Counted from the stretch's first letter, positions 11,454 through 23,592 are shown. The stretch is 45,188 bases of DNA from Octopus bimaculoides (GCF_001194135.2 NC_069001.1:36238142-36283329); one strand, 5' to 3'. Notes: generated by a model from the sequence alone, not told the origin. A program made the numbers and translations.

Positions 11454-11984
11454 ATTGCTATCATATTTGTTTATTTTATTTTTCTCCCACCCTCTACCTC
11501 TACATTTATCTCTTTATTTCTCTCACCCTCTCTTCCTCTCCCTCCCACTCTCTATCTATTTTTCTCTTCTCCTCTCTCTCTCCCCCCATATATAGGTTGT
11601 CGTTAGACATTTCAGACACAGACACAACATGTCCAAAATTATCGTTAGTGTCACTTAACACGTTTCTAAATCAGCAATTACTCGTCTCTGAAATTTAAAA
11701 TTCTAATTAACTTCAAAACAGCAATAATTTACTTCCATGTTATTTATTTTTTTGTCCTTATTTATTTATTTATTGCAATTTCAATGTGACGTACACAAAT
11801 AATTTACAAATTTACGAAAAAAAAAAACTGCTTTAGATTTTAGCATTTATTGATTCTTCCTCTGACATCCTACATCTACAGGGATACCCCCACCTCTACA
11901 ACCCCCTTGCTCCCACCCTCTATTCCTACCCCCTAATATTACTGGTACTAGAAGAATCAACTTGTTTCATAATCTGCTTCGGAC

Positions 11985-12190
11985 AATAAATTGACACAAG
12001 GCTAGCAGTTTTGAGGGGAGGGGGTTTGTAAGTTACATTGACCCCTCCCCACAGTACTCAACAGGTACTAAACATTTTTCCTCACCATCTCCCCAAGAGA
12101 ATGAAAGGCAAAGATGACTTCACTGGAATTTGAACTCAGAACCTAAAGGACCAAAAGTAATGCTGCTAAGAATTCTGTCCGACCAGGGCT
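11985..12190 (-). mobile_element. SINE family A, degenerate
   Basis: gaatgaaaggcaaagatgacttcactggaatttgaactcagaac is the reverse complement of the family A core. Confidence 0.8.
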
Positions 12191-12277
12191 GGATTCTGAT
12201 CCATTAATGCCCTAAGCACTTAAAAGAGTTTGGTTCTCCCATATATATATCATCATCATCATCATTGTTTAATGTCC

Positions 12278-12310
<33 letters not shown>

Positions 12311-12627
12311 TATATANNNNNNNNNNNNNNNNNNNNNNNNNNNNNNNNNNNNNNNNNNNNNNNNNNNNNNNNNNNNNNNNNNNNNNNNNNNNNNNNNNNN
12401 NNNNNNNNNNNNNNNNNNNNNNNNNNNNNNNNNNNNNNNNNNNNNNNNNNNNNNNNNNNNNNNNNNNNNNNNNNNNNNNNNNNNNNNNNNNNNNNNNNNN
12501 NNNNNNNNNNNNNNNNNNNNNNNNNNNNNNNNNNNNNNNNNNNNNNNNNNNNNNNNNNNNNNNNNNNNNNNNNNNNNNNNNNNNNNNNNNNNNNNNNNNN
12601 NNNNNNNNNNNNNNNNNNNNNNNNNNA

Positions 12628-12720
12628 AGAATAAGTCCTGGAGTCGATTTGCTCGACTAAAGGCAGTGCTCCAGCATGGCCACAGTCAAATGACTGAAAC
12701 AAGTAAAAGAATAAAAGAAT
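12628..12720 (-). mobile_element. SINE family C 5' half
   Basis: aagaataagtcctggagtcgatttgctcgactaaaggcagtgctccagcatggccacagtcaaatgactgaaac. Confidence 0.85.
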
Positions 12721-13052
12721 ATAAATCCGTAATCAAAAATATAAACAACAATAAAACAAAAAATAAATTTTTATTTTTCAAAATGAAATAAAAACAGTAA
12801 AATGGAAAATAATGTTTATTTTTGTATATATTTACTTTATTTACATTGGAAAAGTTTTCTTCTTTTTTTTTTTTTATCTAATTGCAAAGTCTTTGATCAG
12901 ATCCTCACTATGGCACCATGAACACTTTGAAATTATATTCCAATCATGTAAACCACATGAATATTATTTTAGCAAGTTTAAAGTGGTTTCTTTTGTGCTG
13001 TAAACCATTTGCCATTTCTGTGGTGCCCACCACCACCTAAATGAGATCCCAG

Positions 13053-13166
13053 GTTCGAAATTTCCCCAAGACATCTGAAGAAGGCTGGAGAGTATATCAG
13101 CCGAAACGTTGTGTTAACAACAAACAAGATGAGGACAAATATCCGTCGAATGTAAATAATGTAAAT
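13053..13166 (+). mobile_element. Penelope-like element terminal-repeat fragment
   Basis: Contains the ctgaagaagg..ccgaaacg hammerhead signature typical of PLE termini; followed by a SINE A 3' half (13163-13260). Confidence 0.65.
13070..13115 (+). ncRNA. Minimal type I hammerhead ribozyme
   Basis: Stem I GACAU/GUGUU; core CUGAAGA (13075-13081); extra A; stem II GGCUG/CAGCC; GAAA (13103-13106); loopless palindromic stem III AACGUU; GUU cleavage triplet. Confidence 0.7.
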
Positions 13167-13943
13167 TAAGTACCAGTTATGTACTGGGGTCAGTCTAATC
13201 GATTGGCCCCCACCTCTCCGAAAATTTCAGGCCTTGTGCCTAGCGTAGAAAAGAATATTTGTTCTGTATGCTTTGTGACTGTTCGTATGCGTGTATGTGT
13301 GTATTTGTTTGACAGTTGTGCCTATGTGTATATCTGAGTATGTGTGTGCATGTATGTGTGTGCATCTGTCTGTGCATTTGTGCTCTTGCACATGTGTGCA
13401 TATTGTATCCATGTGTGTGTGTTTGTGGATGTTTGTTGTATGCATGTGTGTGCACATGTGCTGATGTAGGTGTGTATTTGGATGTCAGCTTCCTTTCCAT
13501 GTAATTGTATGTGCATATGTGTGTGTGTGTGTGTGTGTGTGCTAATGTCCTTGCATGTGTGTGTGTGTATGTGTGTGTGTGTTAGTTTCTTTAGTCTGTG
13601 TATGCATACATGTGTGTGCCTCTGTGCATGTGCAATGGCCCTTTGAGTGACTGTATATCCATGTGTATTGTATATATGTACCTGTGTGTGTGTGTATAGG
13701 TAGATAGCTAAGTGTGATGCGGTTGTCTGTGTGTTACAGTCCACCAGCTTGCATATGTAAGTGTATATATGTGTGTGTATGTATGTGTGTGTGTATACAC
13801 GCACACATTTGTATAGAAATATACATACATACATATATATAAGCATATATCTATCTATCTACCTATCTATCTATATATATATATATATATATATATATAA
13901 GCATATATCTATCTATCTATCTATCTATCTCTCTATCTATCTA

Positions 13944-14005
<62 letters not shown>

Positions 14006-14077
14006 TACATCCATACATTTATATGTGTATATGCATATGCATGTCTTTTGTGAGCGTGTGTATGTGTGTGTTTGTAG

Positions 14078-14224
14078 AGTTCCACTGCGACAAACACGCG
14101 TCTGAGTAGAGAAGCCGAGAAAGTACACCAGTGGATGCGGATTCTTCTCTCCACTCCGCTCCAATCCACTCCCGCTGGAAGGGGGCAGATGCTGAACGGC
14201 GACAATAGACAACATACAGGAGAG
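14078..14224 (+). CDS. Candidate 147-nt exon (SSTATNTRLSREAEKVHQWMRILLSTPLQSTPAGRGQMLNGDNRQHTGE)
   Basis: Acceptor tttgtag| and donor GAG|GTAATG; exactly 49 codons with only frame 0 open; unique CpG-rich island amid microsatellites; no homology recognised. Confidence 0.3.
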
Positions 14225-14481
14225 GTAATGGTGGCGGCAGCGGCAGCGGCAGCAGCAGCAATAGTAGTAGTAGTAGCAGCAGCAGCAGTAGTAAGCAGTT
14301 GTAGTAATAACCATATGCTAGCACATCTGCAGCAAACAAGGGAATCACTGGAGTTGCCGATGATGAGGGGAGGCTCTGCAAGGTCGTTTGACAGGCATGC
14401 TAGAAATAGCAGCGAAATTTCACCAGAAATAAAACTAAACGAAGGACAAATCCAGAAACGTCATGTATGTATATATATACA

Positions 14482-14557
<76 letters not shown>

Positions 14558-14754
14558 TAAAAGGGTAGCATTTTTAGCTGCTATTTCTGAACTTCGGTAT
14601 ATGGTGAAGCAACCTGTTGGTGATCCCTTAATTTTGTTTATATATATATATATATATACATACATACATATATGTGTGTGTGTGTATGTATATGAATTGA
14701 TCGGTCAGAGTTGACTTAGTGCTAGGCACCATCAACAGTAGCCACAACTAGAGA

Positions 14755-14950
14755 ACTTCTATGTGGTCACTCGACCTGCTAGAAATAGCACCCAAATCAC
14801 CTTCGAATCCCCTGTTAGATAATGATGTCAGCTTGGAGGTGCACTGTGTAAGGGATATTGATGAATTGGTCATGGTTAGGAATGACTTTGACTAAAAGAT
14901 CTGCTTCAAGGTCAAGGCTGAGCCCAGGGTTATACAAAAAACAGCAGCAG
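14755..14950 (+). mobile_element. Interspersed repeat family H (tgctagaaatagcagccaaat motif); related copies at about 14375-14420, 37495-37670 and 37690-37870
   Basis: The recurrent gtggtcactcgacctgctagaaatagca.. head and ..gacct..ggctaaac..(aac)n or (cag)n tail. Confidence 0.6.
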
Positions 14951-15202
14951 CAGCAAGCAAGCCGTTCTTCCTTTTTGCCTTAGTGTAGCAACCATAGGCA
15001 ATGATGATGATGGTGGTGGTGGTGGGGATAATGATGATGGTGGTGGCAATGATGAGGATGATGATGGTGCTGGTAGTGGTGGTGGTGGTGGCAATGATGC
15101 TGACGACGCTGACAATGATGATGATGATGATGGTGATGATGGTGATGATGACTATTGATGGAGTCAAGTATAGAATGGGGAAATGAGGACATCAATATTC
15201 TA

Positions 15203-15234
<32 letters not shown>

Positions 15235-15380
15235 ATGGGCACCTGTATCTGTACGTATGTATGTGTGTGTGGATGGCTTGATGGATATAGATGTGATTGA
15301 AATATAGCTGCATGAGCCTATTTTTAGAGAATGGTAATACAGTTAGACATCTCTACAGGTGTGTGTATACATGGGGGTAA

Positions 15381-15428
<48 letters not shown>

Positions 15429-15668
15429 TAAGAGGTGTCTCATTGATATCCATTAATTCATTATTCCCTATGTATATCATTACATCTATATCTATCTATC
15501 TATATATATATATATATACATATAGATATACACACATACATACACATACATGCACTCACACACACACACACACACCTGCACACACTCACCTCTCTGTTCC
15601 AAATTTGGCTCATCATATGGTCTTACTAAAAATACTAGTACCACCACAACAAGTGTTACTGTTGCGAC

Positions 15669-15731
<63 letters not shown>

Positions 15732-16103
15732 CATCCCTCTGCAATAGTGACAGTGGTACAAGTGATGTAACGTTCGCTGCCTTCACACTCTACATACTAC
15801 CAGTTCAACTTCGACATCGACGCAAACGCAAACTGCACATATAGAAACACAGCAGTCAGTTGGTACGTACATGTGCACCAAAGACACATACACACACACA
15901 CACAAAGATATATATATATATATATATATATATTGTAAAAAGCGTCACCAGCAAACGAGGATGACTCATTAGTAATCACCAAGCTTTTACTAATTGTTTT
16001 TTTTTTGCGGTGTTTCCATGAAATCAGAAGCAGTCATGGACACCCCATGATATCGGCACTCCCACGCTTGACCTGTCACAGTCTCAGGAATGTGACTGCC
16101 AAA

Positions 16104-16134
<31 letters not shown>

Positions 16135-16444
16135 GAGAGTAAGAGTGCTGTACCAAAAGTAAGCTGGTACTTATTAACAGTGGAGTGGAACGACGAGAAA
16201 TAAAATAACTTGCTCAAGGATTCGATGCCCTGCCTTGTCTAAAATTCAAACCCTTGTCCTTATGATCACAAAGTCAAAGCCCTAACCATATATGTACGTT
16301 ATATAATGCATGCTTACATCATCGTCATTGCTTTAACATCTACTTTTCCCTGCCTGCATGGGATTTTGTTGAGACAGATTTTCTATGGCAGGATTCTGTT
16401 CCTGTCACCAACACTCAACTGTTTCCCGGCAAGGGCAGTACTTC

Positions 16445-16658
16445 CCCAGGCCAATGACAGTGTCACATAACTAGCACCCATGCCAGTGGCACATAAAAAG
16501 CATCCCCTACACTCTTAGAGGGATTGGTATTAGGAAGCGCATCCAGCTGTAGAGACTCAGACTGGAGGCTGGTGCAGCTCCCCACCTTACCAGTTTTCAG
16601 TCAAACGTCCAACCCATGCCAGCATGGAAAGAAGACACTAAATGATGATGATAATGAC
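16445..16658 (+). mobile_element. SINE family D, degenerate
   Basis: tattaggaagcgcatccagctgtaga..gtccaacccatgccagcatggaaag..(gat)n. Confidence 0.8.
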
Positions 16659-16700
16659 TGAAACCAGTTTTATGATGGTGACACTTGTCCATAACTGTTG

Positions 16701-16915
16701 GACCCGCGATTGCTAGATTGTGAGTTCAGTTCTTGGACTGGGCCATGCATTGTGTTCTTGAACAAAACTCTTCATTTCACATTGCTCCAGTCCGCTTAGC
16801 TGTAAACGGGTACACCCTGCGATGGACCAGCCTTCCGATCAGGATGAGTGTTAGCCAGCTCACTTAGCCAGCAGGGTGGCACCATACTCAAAGCACATTG
16901 TGACCAGCAATGTAT
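16701..16915 (+). mobile_element. SINE family E-like copy
   Basis: gcattgtgttcttgaacaaaactcttcatttcacattgctccagt..ctgcgatggac matches 5757-5840. Confidence 0.7.
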
Positions 16916-16916
16916 A

Positions 16917-17050
16917 TGGTGAAACCGGATGGCAACACCAGGCTCCAAATTTAGATTGGAGCCTGGTGTTGCCATCCGGTTTCACCAGTCCTCAGTCAAA
17001 TCGTCCAACCCATGCTAGCATGGAAAGCGGACGTTAAACGATGATGATGA
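16917..17050 (+). mobile_element. Young SINE D 3' part with a perfect 32-bp snap-back at its 5' end
   Basis: 16917-16948 is the exact reverse complement of 16956-16987, with a 7-nt loop; continues into the CpG-intact D tail. Confidence 0.9.
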
Positions 17051-17086
17051 TATATATATATATATAACATACTCTTATATATGATG

Positions 17087-17258
17087 AAGGCATAGCTTTG
17101 TGGTCTGAGTGGTTAAGATATTTGCCTTGAAACCACAAAGCCTTGGGTTCATTCCCCCAAAGCATGACATCTTGAACAAGTGCTTTTTCTTCACTCTCAA
17201 ACCAATCCAAGGCTTGTGAGTGACAATGGGTGAATGAAAACTGTGCAGAATCCTATTG
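17087..17258 (+). mobile_element. SINE family B, old
   Basis: gagtggttaaga..gggttcattcc..atcttgaacaagtg..aaggcttgtgagt..aaactgtgcagaa. Confidence 0.7.
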
Positions 17259-17338
17259 ATGGGACTCTTACCTCTAATTAAAGGACTTTCACCATCATTA
17301 AACTATGTTATACTGATTTTAGCTGGAAATCACTTTAA

Positions 17339-17559
17339 TCCTTTAGCATCTAAACCAGTAATATCTGGGCCAAATATTCTACTTGTTATATGCTGAAAAT
17401 GGCCAGATCTGGTCTCTCATACCAACCCTACAATGTCATTCTAAAACATAAACCATCGCATCATCGAAATCTCAAATTCATGAGATAATGTCTGATTAAC
17501 TCAAAATAATGTGAATAAATGAATATTATGTTTGAGAGAATAATTTGAACGCTAAAGGA
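17339..17559. mobile_element. piggyBac-type non-autonomous element (TTAA-flanked MITE)
   Basis: TTAA|tcctttagc ... gctaaagga|TTAA: 9-bp TIRs with TTAA on both sides (17335-17338, 17560-17563). Confidence 0.7.
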
Positions 17560-17735
17560 TTAAATCTACATTTATCTGTGGAATACTCGGCCTCTTAAAA
17601 GATAATTCAGTAGCTGGACAACTGAACACTTAGATGTCAAAAGGGACAGGAGGGTCCAGCTTTCTACTTTTGTTGTTTTAACCATGTATCTCTTCTATAG
17701 CAACAGACCTGTGGCTGTCCTTTCATTAACCTCAC

Positions 17736-17819
17736 AACCACCTTGTATGAAACCACCTTGTATGAAACCACCTTGTATGAAACCACCTTGTATGAAACCA
17801 CCTTGTATGAAACCACCTT
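17736..17819. repeat. Perfect 15-bp minisatellite (aaccaccttgtatga) x5.6
   Basis: Five identical units at 17736-17810 plus a partial unit. Confidence 0.95.
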
Positions 17820-17924
17820 TTCTCTCTGCTGGGGGTGGGTGGGGTGTTCTTTGGTCTTGCAAGGTAGACAGCAACTTCATTAGTGCAGGTGTTGCCAAAT
17901 GAAAAAAAAATAAATTTAAACCAT

Positions 17925-18082
17925 TCTGTACACCTAGCTGGTGTTAGGAAGTGACATCCAGCTGTAGAAGCCATGCCAAAACCTGAAATACTGGAGCAAA
18001 CTTTGGTCTTCCAACTAATTGGATCCAATGGAATTGTCCAACTCTTGTTAGCAGGAAAACTGGACATCAAATGATGATGATG
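17925..18082 (+). mobile_element. SINE family D, degenerate
   Basis: ctggtgttaggaagtgacatccagctgtagaagccatgccaaa..gaaaactggacatcaaat(gat)n. Confidence 0.7.
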
Positions 18083-18202
18083 TTAATGATACACAGACTT
18101 GAGGTACATAGGAATAATTTGCATGGATGATATATAAATATATATTGATATATATATATATATATATACCCCGAAACTAGTCTAGTCTCTCTCTCTCTCT
18201 CT

Positions 18203-18255
<53 letters not shown>

Positions 18256-18286
18256 AAGACACATAGGTAGATAGATAGATAGATAA

Positions 18287-18324
<38 letters not shown>

Positions 18325-18334
18325 GTGGTCAAAG

Positions 18335-18465
18335 TACAAAGACGAAATAAAACAACAAACAGAGTGTGTTAGGTTTATGCTCAGGAAAACTGGAAAAAGT
18401 TTTTAATGTTACGAGTCTAGGCTCTTCTGCAGAAAGGACAAATGAGGAGCAAAAAGAGATGTAAG
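18335..18465 (-). mobile_element. Family G copy (degenerate hammerhead motif at about 18401-18437)
   Basis: tgttacgagtctaggctcttctgcagaaagg aligns to 8407-8438. Confidence 0.6.
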
Positions 18466-18584
18466 GGAAAAAAATAACACACACAAAAACGTGTCTGAAT
18501 TATATGGTCAAGGCATGCATAAATGACTGGAAGAGGAAGGAGTTGGCTAAGACAGACAGACAGACAGACAGGCTGATGTGGTGC

Positions 18585-18726
18585 AGGCGTATGCAGTTAA
18601 GGAGTTTGCTTTGGAAATGCATGATCTTGGTTCCAGGTTCAGTCCCAACGAGCAGGACTTTTGTCAAGTGTCCTCTATCATAGCTTTGTGTTGACCATTG
18701 TAGATGGAAACTGTGCAGAAACCTCA

Positions 18727-18727
<1 letters not shown>
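18585..18727 (+). mobile_element. SINE family B
   Basis: ggttccaggttcagtccc..ttgtcaagtgtcctctatcatagc..gatggaaactgtgcagaa, then (tg)n. Confidence 0.75.
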
Positions 18728-18759
<32 letters not shown>

Positions 18760-18929
18760 TAACAGCGTTTGTTTTTATTGTCGTTGCATGTTGCATATAA
18801 CTTGGCAGTTTGACAAATAGGGTCGATGGAATTAAGTAACTGATTGAAATAATTTGCAGGAATTGTTATGATTGGCTGAACCTTAGAAGGTAGTGCCCCA
18901 ACATGACCTTGGTCCAATCACTAAAACCA

Positions 18930-18960
<31 letters not shown>

Positions 18961-20179
18961 GATTTATATGTTTACATATTTTATATATACATAAATATAT
19001 GTATTATACATACATATAAANNNNNNNNNNNNNNNNNNNNNNNNNNNNNNNNNNNNNNNNNNNNNNNNNNNNNNNNNNNNNNNNNNNNNNNNNNNNNNNN
19101 NNNNNNNNNNNNNNNNNNNNNNNNNNNNNNNNNNNNNNNNNNNNNNNNNNNNNNNNNNNNNNNNNNNNNNNNNNNNNNNNNNNNNNNNNNNNNNNNNNNN
19201 NNNNNNNNNNNNNNNNNNNNNNNNNNNNNNNNNNNNNNNNNNNNNNNNNNNNNNNNNNNNNNNNNNNNNNNNNNNNNNNNNNNNNNNNNNNNNNNNNNNN
19301 NNNNNNNNNNNNNNNNNNNNNNNNNNNNNNNNNNNNNNNNNNNNNNNNNNNNNNNNNNNNNNNNNNNNNNNNNNNNNNNNNNNNNNNNNNNNNNNNNNNN
19401 NNNNNNNNNNNNNNNNNNNNNNNNNNNNNNNNNNNNNNNNNNNNNNNNNNNNNNNNNNNNNNNNNNNNNNNNNNNNNNNNNNNNNNNNNNNNNNNNNNNN
19501 NNNNNNNNNNNNNNNNNNNNNNNNNNNNNNNNNNNNNNNNNNNNNNNNNNNNNNNNNNNNNNNNNNNNNNNNNNNNNNNNNNNNNNNNNNNNNNNNNNNN
19601 NNNNNNNNNNNNNNNNNNNNNNNNNNNNNNNNNNNNNNNNNNNNNNNNNNNNNNNNNNNNNNNNNNNNAGCTTCACCACAACGCCGCCACTACAGTAAAA
19701 GACAGCAGTTGGCCCTTCGCCTCCCACCTTCCCTCTCTGCTTTGCCCTGCCTCCGTCTCTCCTCTCTCTCTTTCTTTCACCAACCCCCCCCTCTCTCTAT
19801 ATTCATCTATTCTCCCACCCCCGCTGTCTCTCTCTGTCTGTATTTCTGTTTCTCTCTCTCTTTATTTTCTGTCTTTCTCTTTGTGTCTCTGTCAGGCTGT
19901 CTGGCTGCCAGTCTTTGACTTCGTACAATTTCTTATCTCTCTCTCTCTCTCTGTCTTTTTGTTTTTTCTTAACCATTTCCTAGCACCGCTTCCTCTCCGT
20001 CTAAATGTTTATTCGCTTCATTCATTCAACCGTTTATAACTTAATAATAATTACAACAACAACGAAAATAACCACAATAACAATATTATACACACACACA
20101 CACACATAATATGCATGGATGTATATAATTTATATACACAAGCAGCAGCAGCAGTAGTAGTAGTAGTAGTAGTAGTAGT

Positions 20180-20211
<32 letters not shown>

Positions 20212-20579
20212 TAAGCAATATCTGATGAATCATTGATTCGTGCAGTAATAATGACAATGGGAACTATATTTACCATTTCATCTCCTTGACAAACATTTCT
20301 TCCAAAATGCTAAACTATTATATTTACATGGCTATCTTCTTCTTCCCTTATTCTACAGAATGGAAGGCAAGTTGTTTCATTTTTTGTCCATTTTTTTTTT
20401 GCATGGTTTTTTTTTTGGTTTTTTTGTTAAAGACGGTTAGAAAGATGCTGCGGTTTCGTGCCGTGTGAGAGGCAGTGTTTTGAGAGGCTGTCTTTTTATT
20501 TTGTTATTTCCAGGGAGCATCTTGTTTCGGTTTTTGGTCTCTCATCTGTTCGGTACTCGTGTTCGCGCGCGCGCGCGTT

Positions 20580-20628
<49 letters not shown>

Positions 20629-20629
20629 T

Positions 20630-20695
20630 CGATTAAAGGTGGTGCTCCAGCATGGCCACAGTCAAAAGACTGAAACAAGTAAAAGAGTAAAAGAG
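20630..20695 (-). mobile_element. SINE family C 5' fragment
   Basis: aaggtggtgctccagcatggccacagtcaaaagactgaaacaagtaaaaga. Confidence 0.85.
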
Positions 20696-20951
20696 TATAT
20701 ATATATATATATAAGTACGTGCATATATAACAATAACAAATATATATATATATATATGTGTGTATATATATATATTTGTGTGGTGTGTGTATGTACATAA
20801 ATATGTGGGTGCAATCATATATGTGTGTATATGCCTGTGTATATGTATGTATCTTTTCGTACAATCATATATGTATGTGTGTATATAGATATATATGTCC
20901 ATATATATATATATATGTGTGTGTATTTATATGCATGTATATATAAATACA

Positions 20952-20993
<42 letters not shown>

Positions 20994-21625
20994 CAAATAT
21001 TTATATATATATATGTATGCATGTGTATATGTATATATATATATGTGTGTGTGTATATATAAATACGTGTGTGTGTATATTTCGATGTTTGTTTTTTTTA
21101 TTGAATGTTAGTGATATAAAAACACTTCAACATTAACCCGAAGGACCGCTTAATACATTTTATCAATGGAGTACATGCTTATTGATTTTACTAGAAAAAC
21201 AAAGGTTGACAGTGACTTCGAAGTTCGAGCTCGCTCACCAACAACGGCAATATACAGTACGTGTGTGTGTGTGTGTGTCTGTGTGTAAGCATTTTTTAAT
21301 ATAAGAATCCATGAGGGTGTTGTTAACGCAATGAGTACATTGTCGTTGGTTGTGGGTTGGGCCTGTGTTTCGGTGGTTAGATATTGTTTTAGCTAATTAA
21401 CCGTGAGTTCAATTCCTATTCAAGTAGTCGCAGTGTAGTTTATTCTGGTTTATTTTTCTATTTTATTCATTTGTTTTCATTCCGTTTCTGAACGGGTTTA
21501 TTTATTTATTTACTAAATCGATAGTTGTACGCTGTGTGCACAAACACACACATATATATATATGTGTGTGTGTGTGTATATGTGTATATATATGTATATA
21601 TATATGTATGTATGCCAATATATGC

Positions 21626-21656
<31 letters not shown>

Positions 21657-22399
21657 TATATAAATGTGTGTATATATAAATGTATGTGTGTATATATATA
21701 TATGGATGTGTATATATATAGAGAGAGATATGTATGTGTGTATATATGTATGTGTATATATATGTGTGCGTATATATGTATTTATATATATGTATTATAT
21801 ATATATATTTATATACATGTATGTGTTTATATATATGTATTTATATACATGTATGTGTGTATATATATGTGTATATATATATACACACACACACACATGA
21901 TCTTATACAAACACATTATGTAGATGTACAATACGTTACATAGATATGTATACATGTGTTTATGTGTATGTATTTGTGTGTGTGCCTTTATCTCTTATAT
22001 ATACATATATATATATTTGTATATATAATATGCAGATGTACTTTGTGTATGTGCAGCCAGTGCACACAGATGCATTTTTGCCATGCAGATTCTGCACATT
22101 TGAGCGTCAGCTTTTGTGTCAATCACTCTCTCTCTCTCTCTCGCTTGTTTCTTATCGCTTCTCGTCGCCGCCATCGTCACATACATCATCATTATCACCA
22201 CCACCACCAGCATTGTCATCATCATTATCACCACCACCACCAGCATTGTCATCATCATTATCACCACCACCATCATCCTCATCATTACCTCCACCGGTGG
22301 GGGGGGGCTGTTATTGTTATTATTCCATTATTAACAATTCATTTCTTTATTTTATTTGTTCTTAAAACCCTCTGGTTATTGTTATTATTATTATTATCA

Positions 22400-23192
22400 T
22401 ACTTAGCCCCCTTTGAGTCCGAGAAAATACCCCCTCCACTCCCTTCACCTAGTATTTTTATTTATTTATTTATTTATTTATCTATTTCGTGCCTGTGTCG
22501 TTCCGTTTAGTCAACGTCTTGGGTGGCCCCTTGTGGCTAATAAAGGAAATCCCTTTATTAATATTCATAATTATCATTATTATCATTATTATTATTAATC
22601 AACACCACCACCACCTCGCAGTGCACACCGTCTGGCATTATAAGAAATTAATTAATACATTTATTATAACTAGTCATTTGGTAATGTGTTCGCGTAACGT
22701 TACTTTTTCATTATAAATATTTATAACAGAAATCATCATCATCAGCACCATCATCATCATCGTCATCGTCAGCACCATCGTTGTTGTTGATGGTGGTGGT
22801 GGTGGTGGTGGTGGTAGTTATGATGATCGTGGTGGTGGTGATGATGATGATGATGATAATGGTTGTGAAGGTGGTTGTGATAGTGATGATGATGATGATG
22901 GTGGTGGTGTTAAAAAGAAAGGAGAAAGCATCTTCCTGTTGATCGGGTGTAGTGAGGTGGGGAGGGGGGACTGGGTTCGGTGTAGAAGCGGCGGCGGAGA
23001 GAGAGAGAGAGAGAGAACTGGATTCCAATTTCGGTTTCTCTTCCGCATAGCAAACTGCGATAATTGGGCACCAATTATTTGTTGCTATTGTTGTTGTTGC
23101 CGTCGTTTGGGCCTCCTCCCTTCCTGCACCCTCTGCAGGTGACTCTTATAATTAAATGTTCCGACCGTGGCCATCCCGGCGAGATTTTTTTT

Positions 23193-23239
<47 letters not shown>

Positions 23240-23480
23240 GGTAGCCGGTGGGTGCAGAAATCGTGCATGTAGGACAATATTTTCTCTGGATGCTCCACCG
23301 TTTTCTTATTTTCATTATGTATATATATATGTCTTATTTGTGTGTGTGTTTTGGGTAGGCGTATGATTAGAGGCCGAGTGAGCTGCTATTTGATTCGGCG
23401 ATTAATTATGTTCGTTGGAGAGAACAGCATTCGAGATGGAACGGAGGATCGAATGTGTGTCTGTAAATGGACACGAAAGC
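22400..23480. promoter_or_regulatory. Putative promoter / 5'-UTR core within a CpG-rich, SINE-free domain
   Basis: Many retained CpGs, a G-rich GGGGAGGGGGG motif at 22959-22969, GA/CT tracts, and no family A-D SINE between about 20700 and 25080. Inferred only; no transcript data. Confidence 0.35.
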
Positions 23481-23489
23481 ATGGACGTA

Positions 23490-23548
<59 letters not shown>

Positions 23549-23556
23549 TCGTACAT

Positions 23557-23592
<36 letters not shown>

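Noticed and set aside
17736-17819. CRISPR-like array
   Set aside because: Units abut with no spacers, and the context is eukaryotic.
20220-20255. CTGATGA hammerhead core
   Set aside because: No downstream GAAA and no closable stems.
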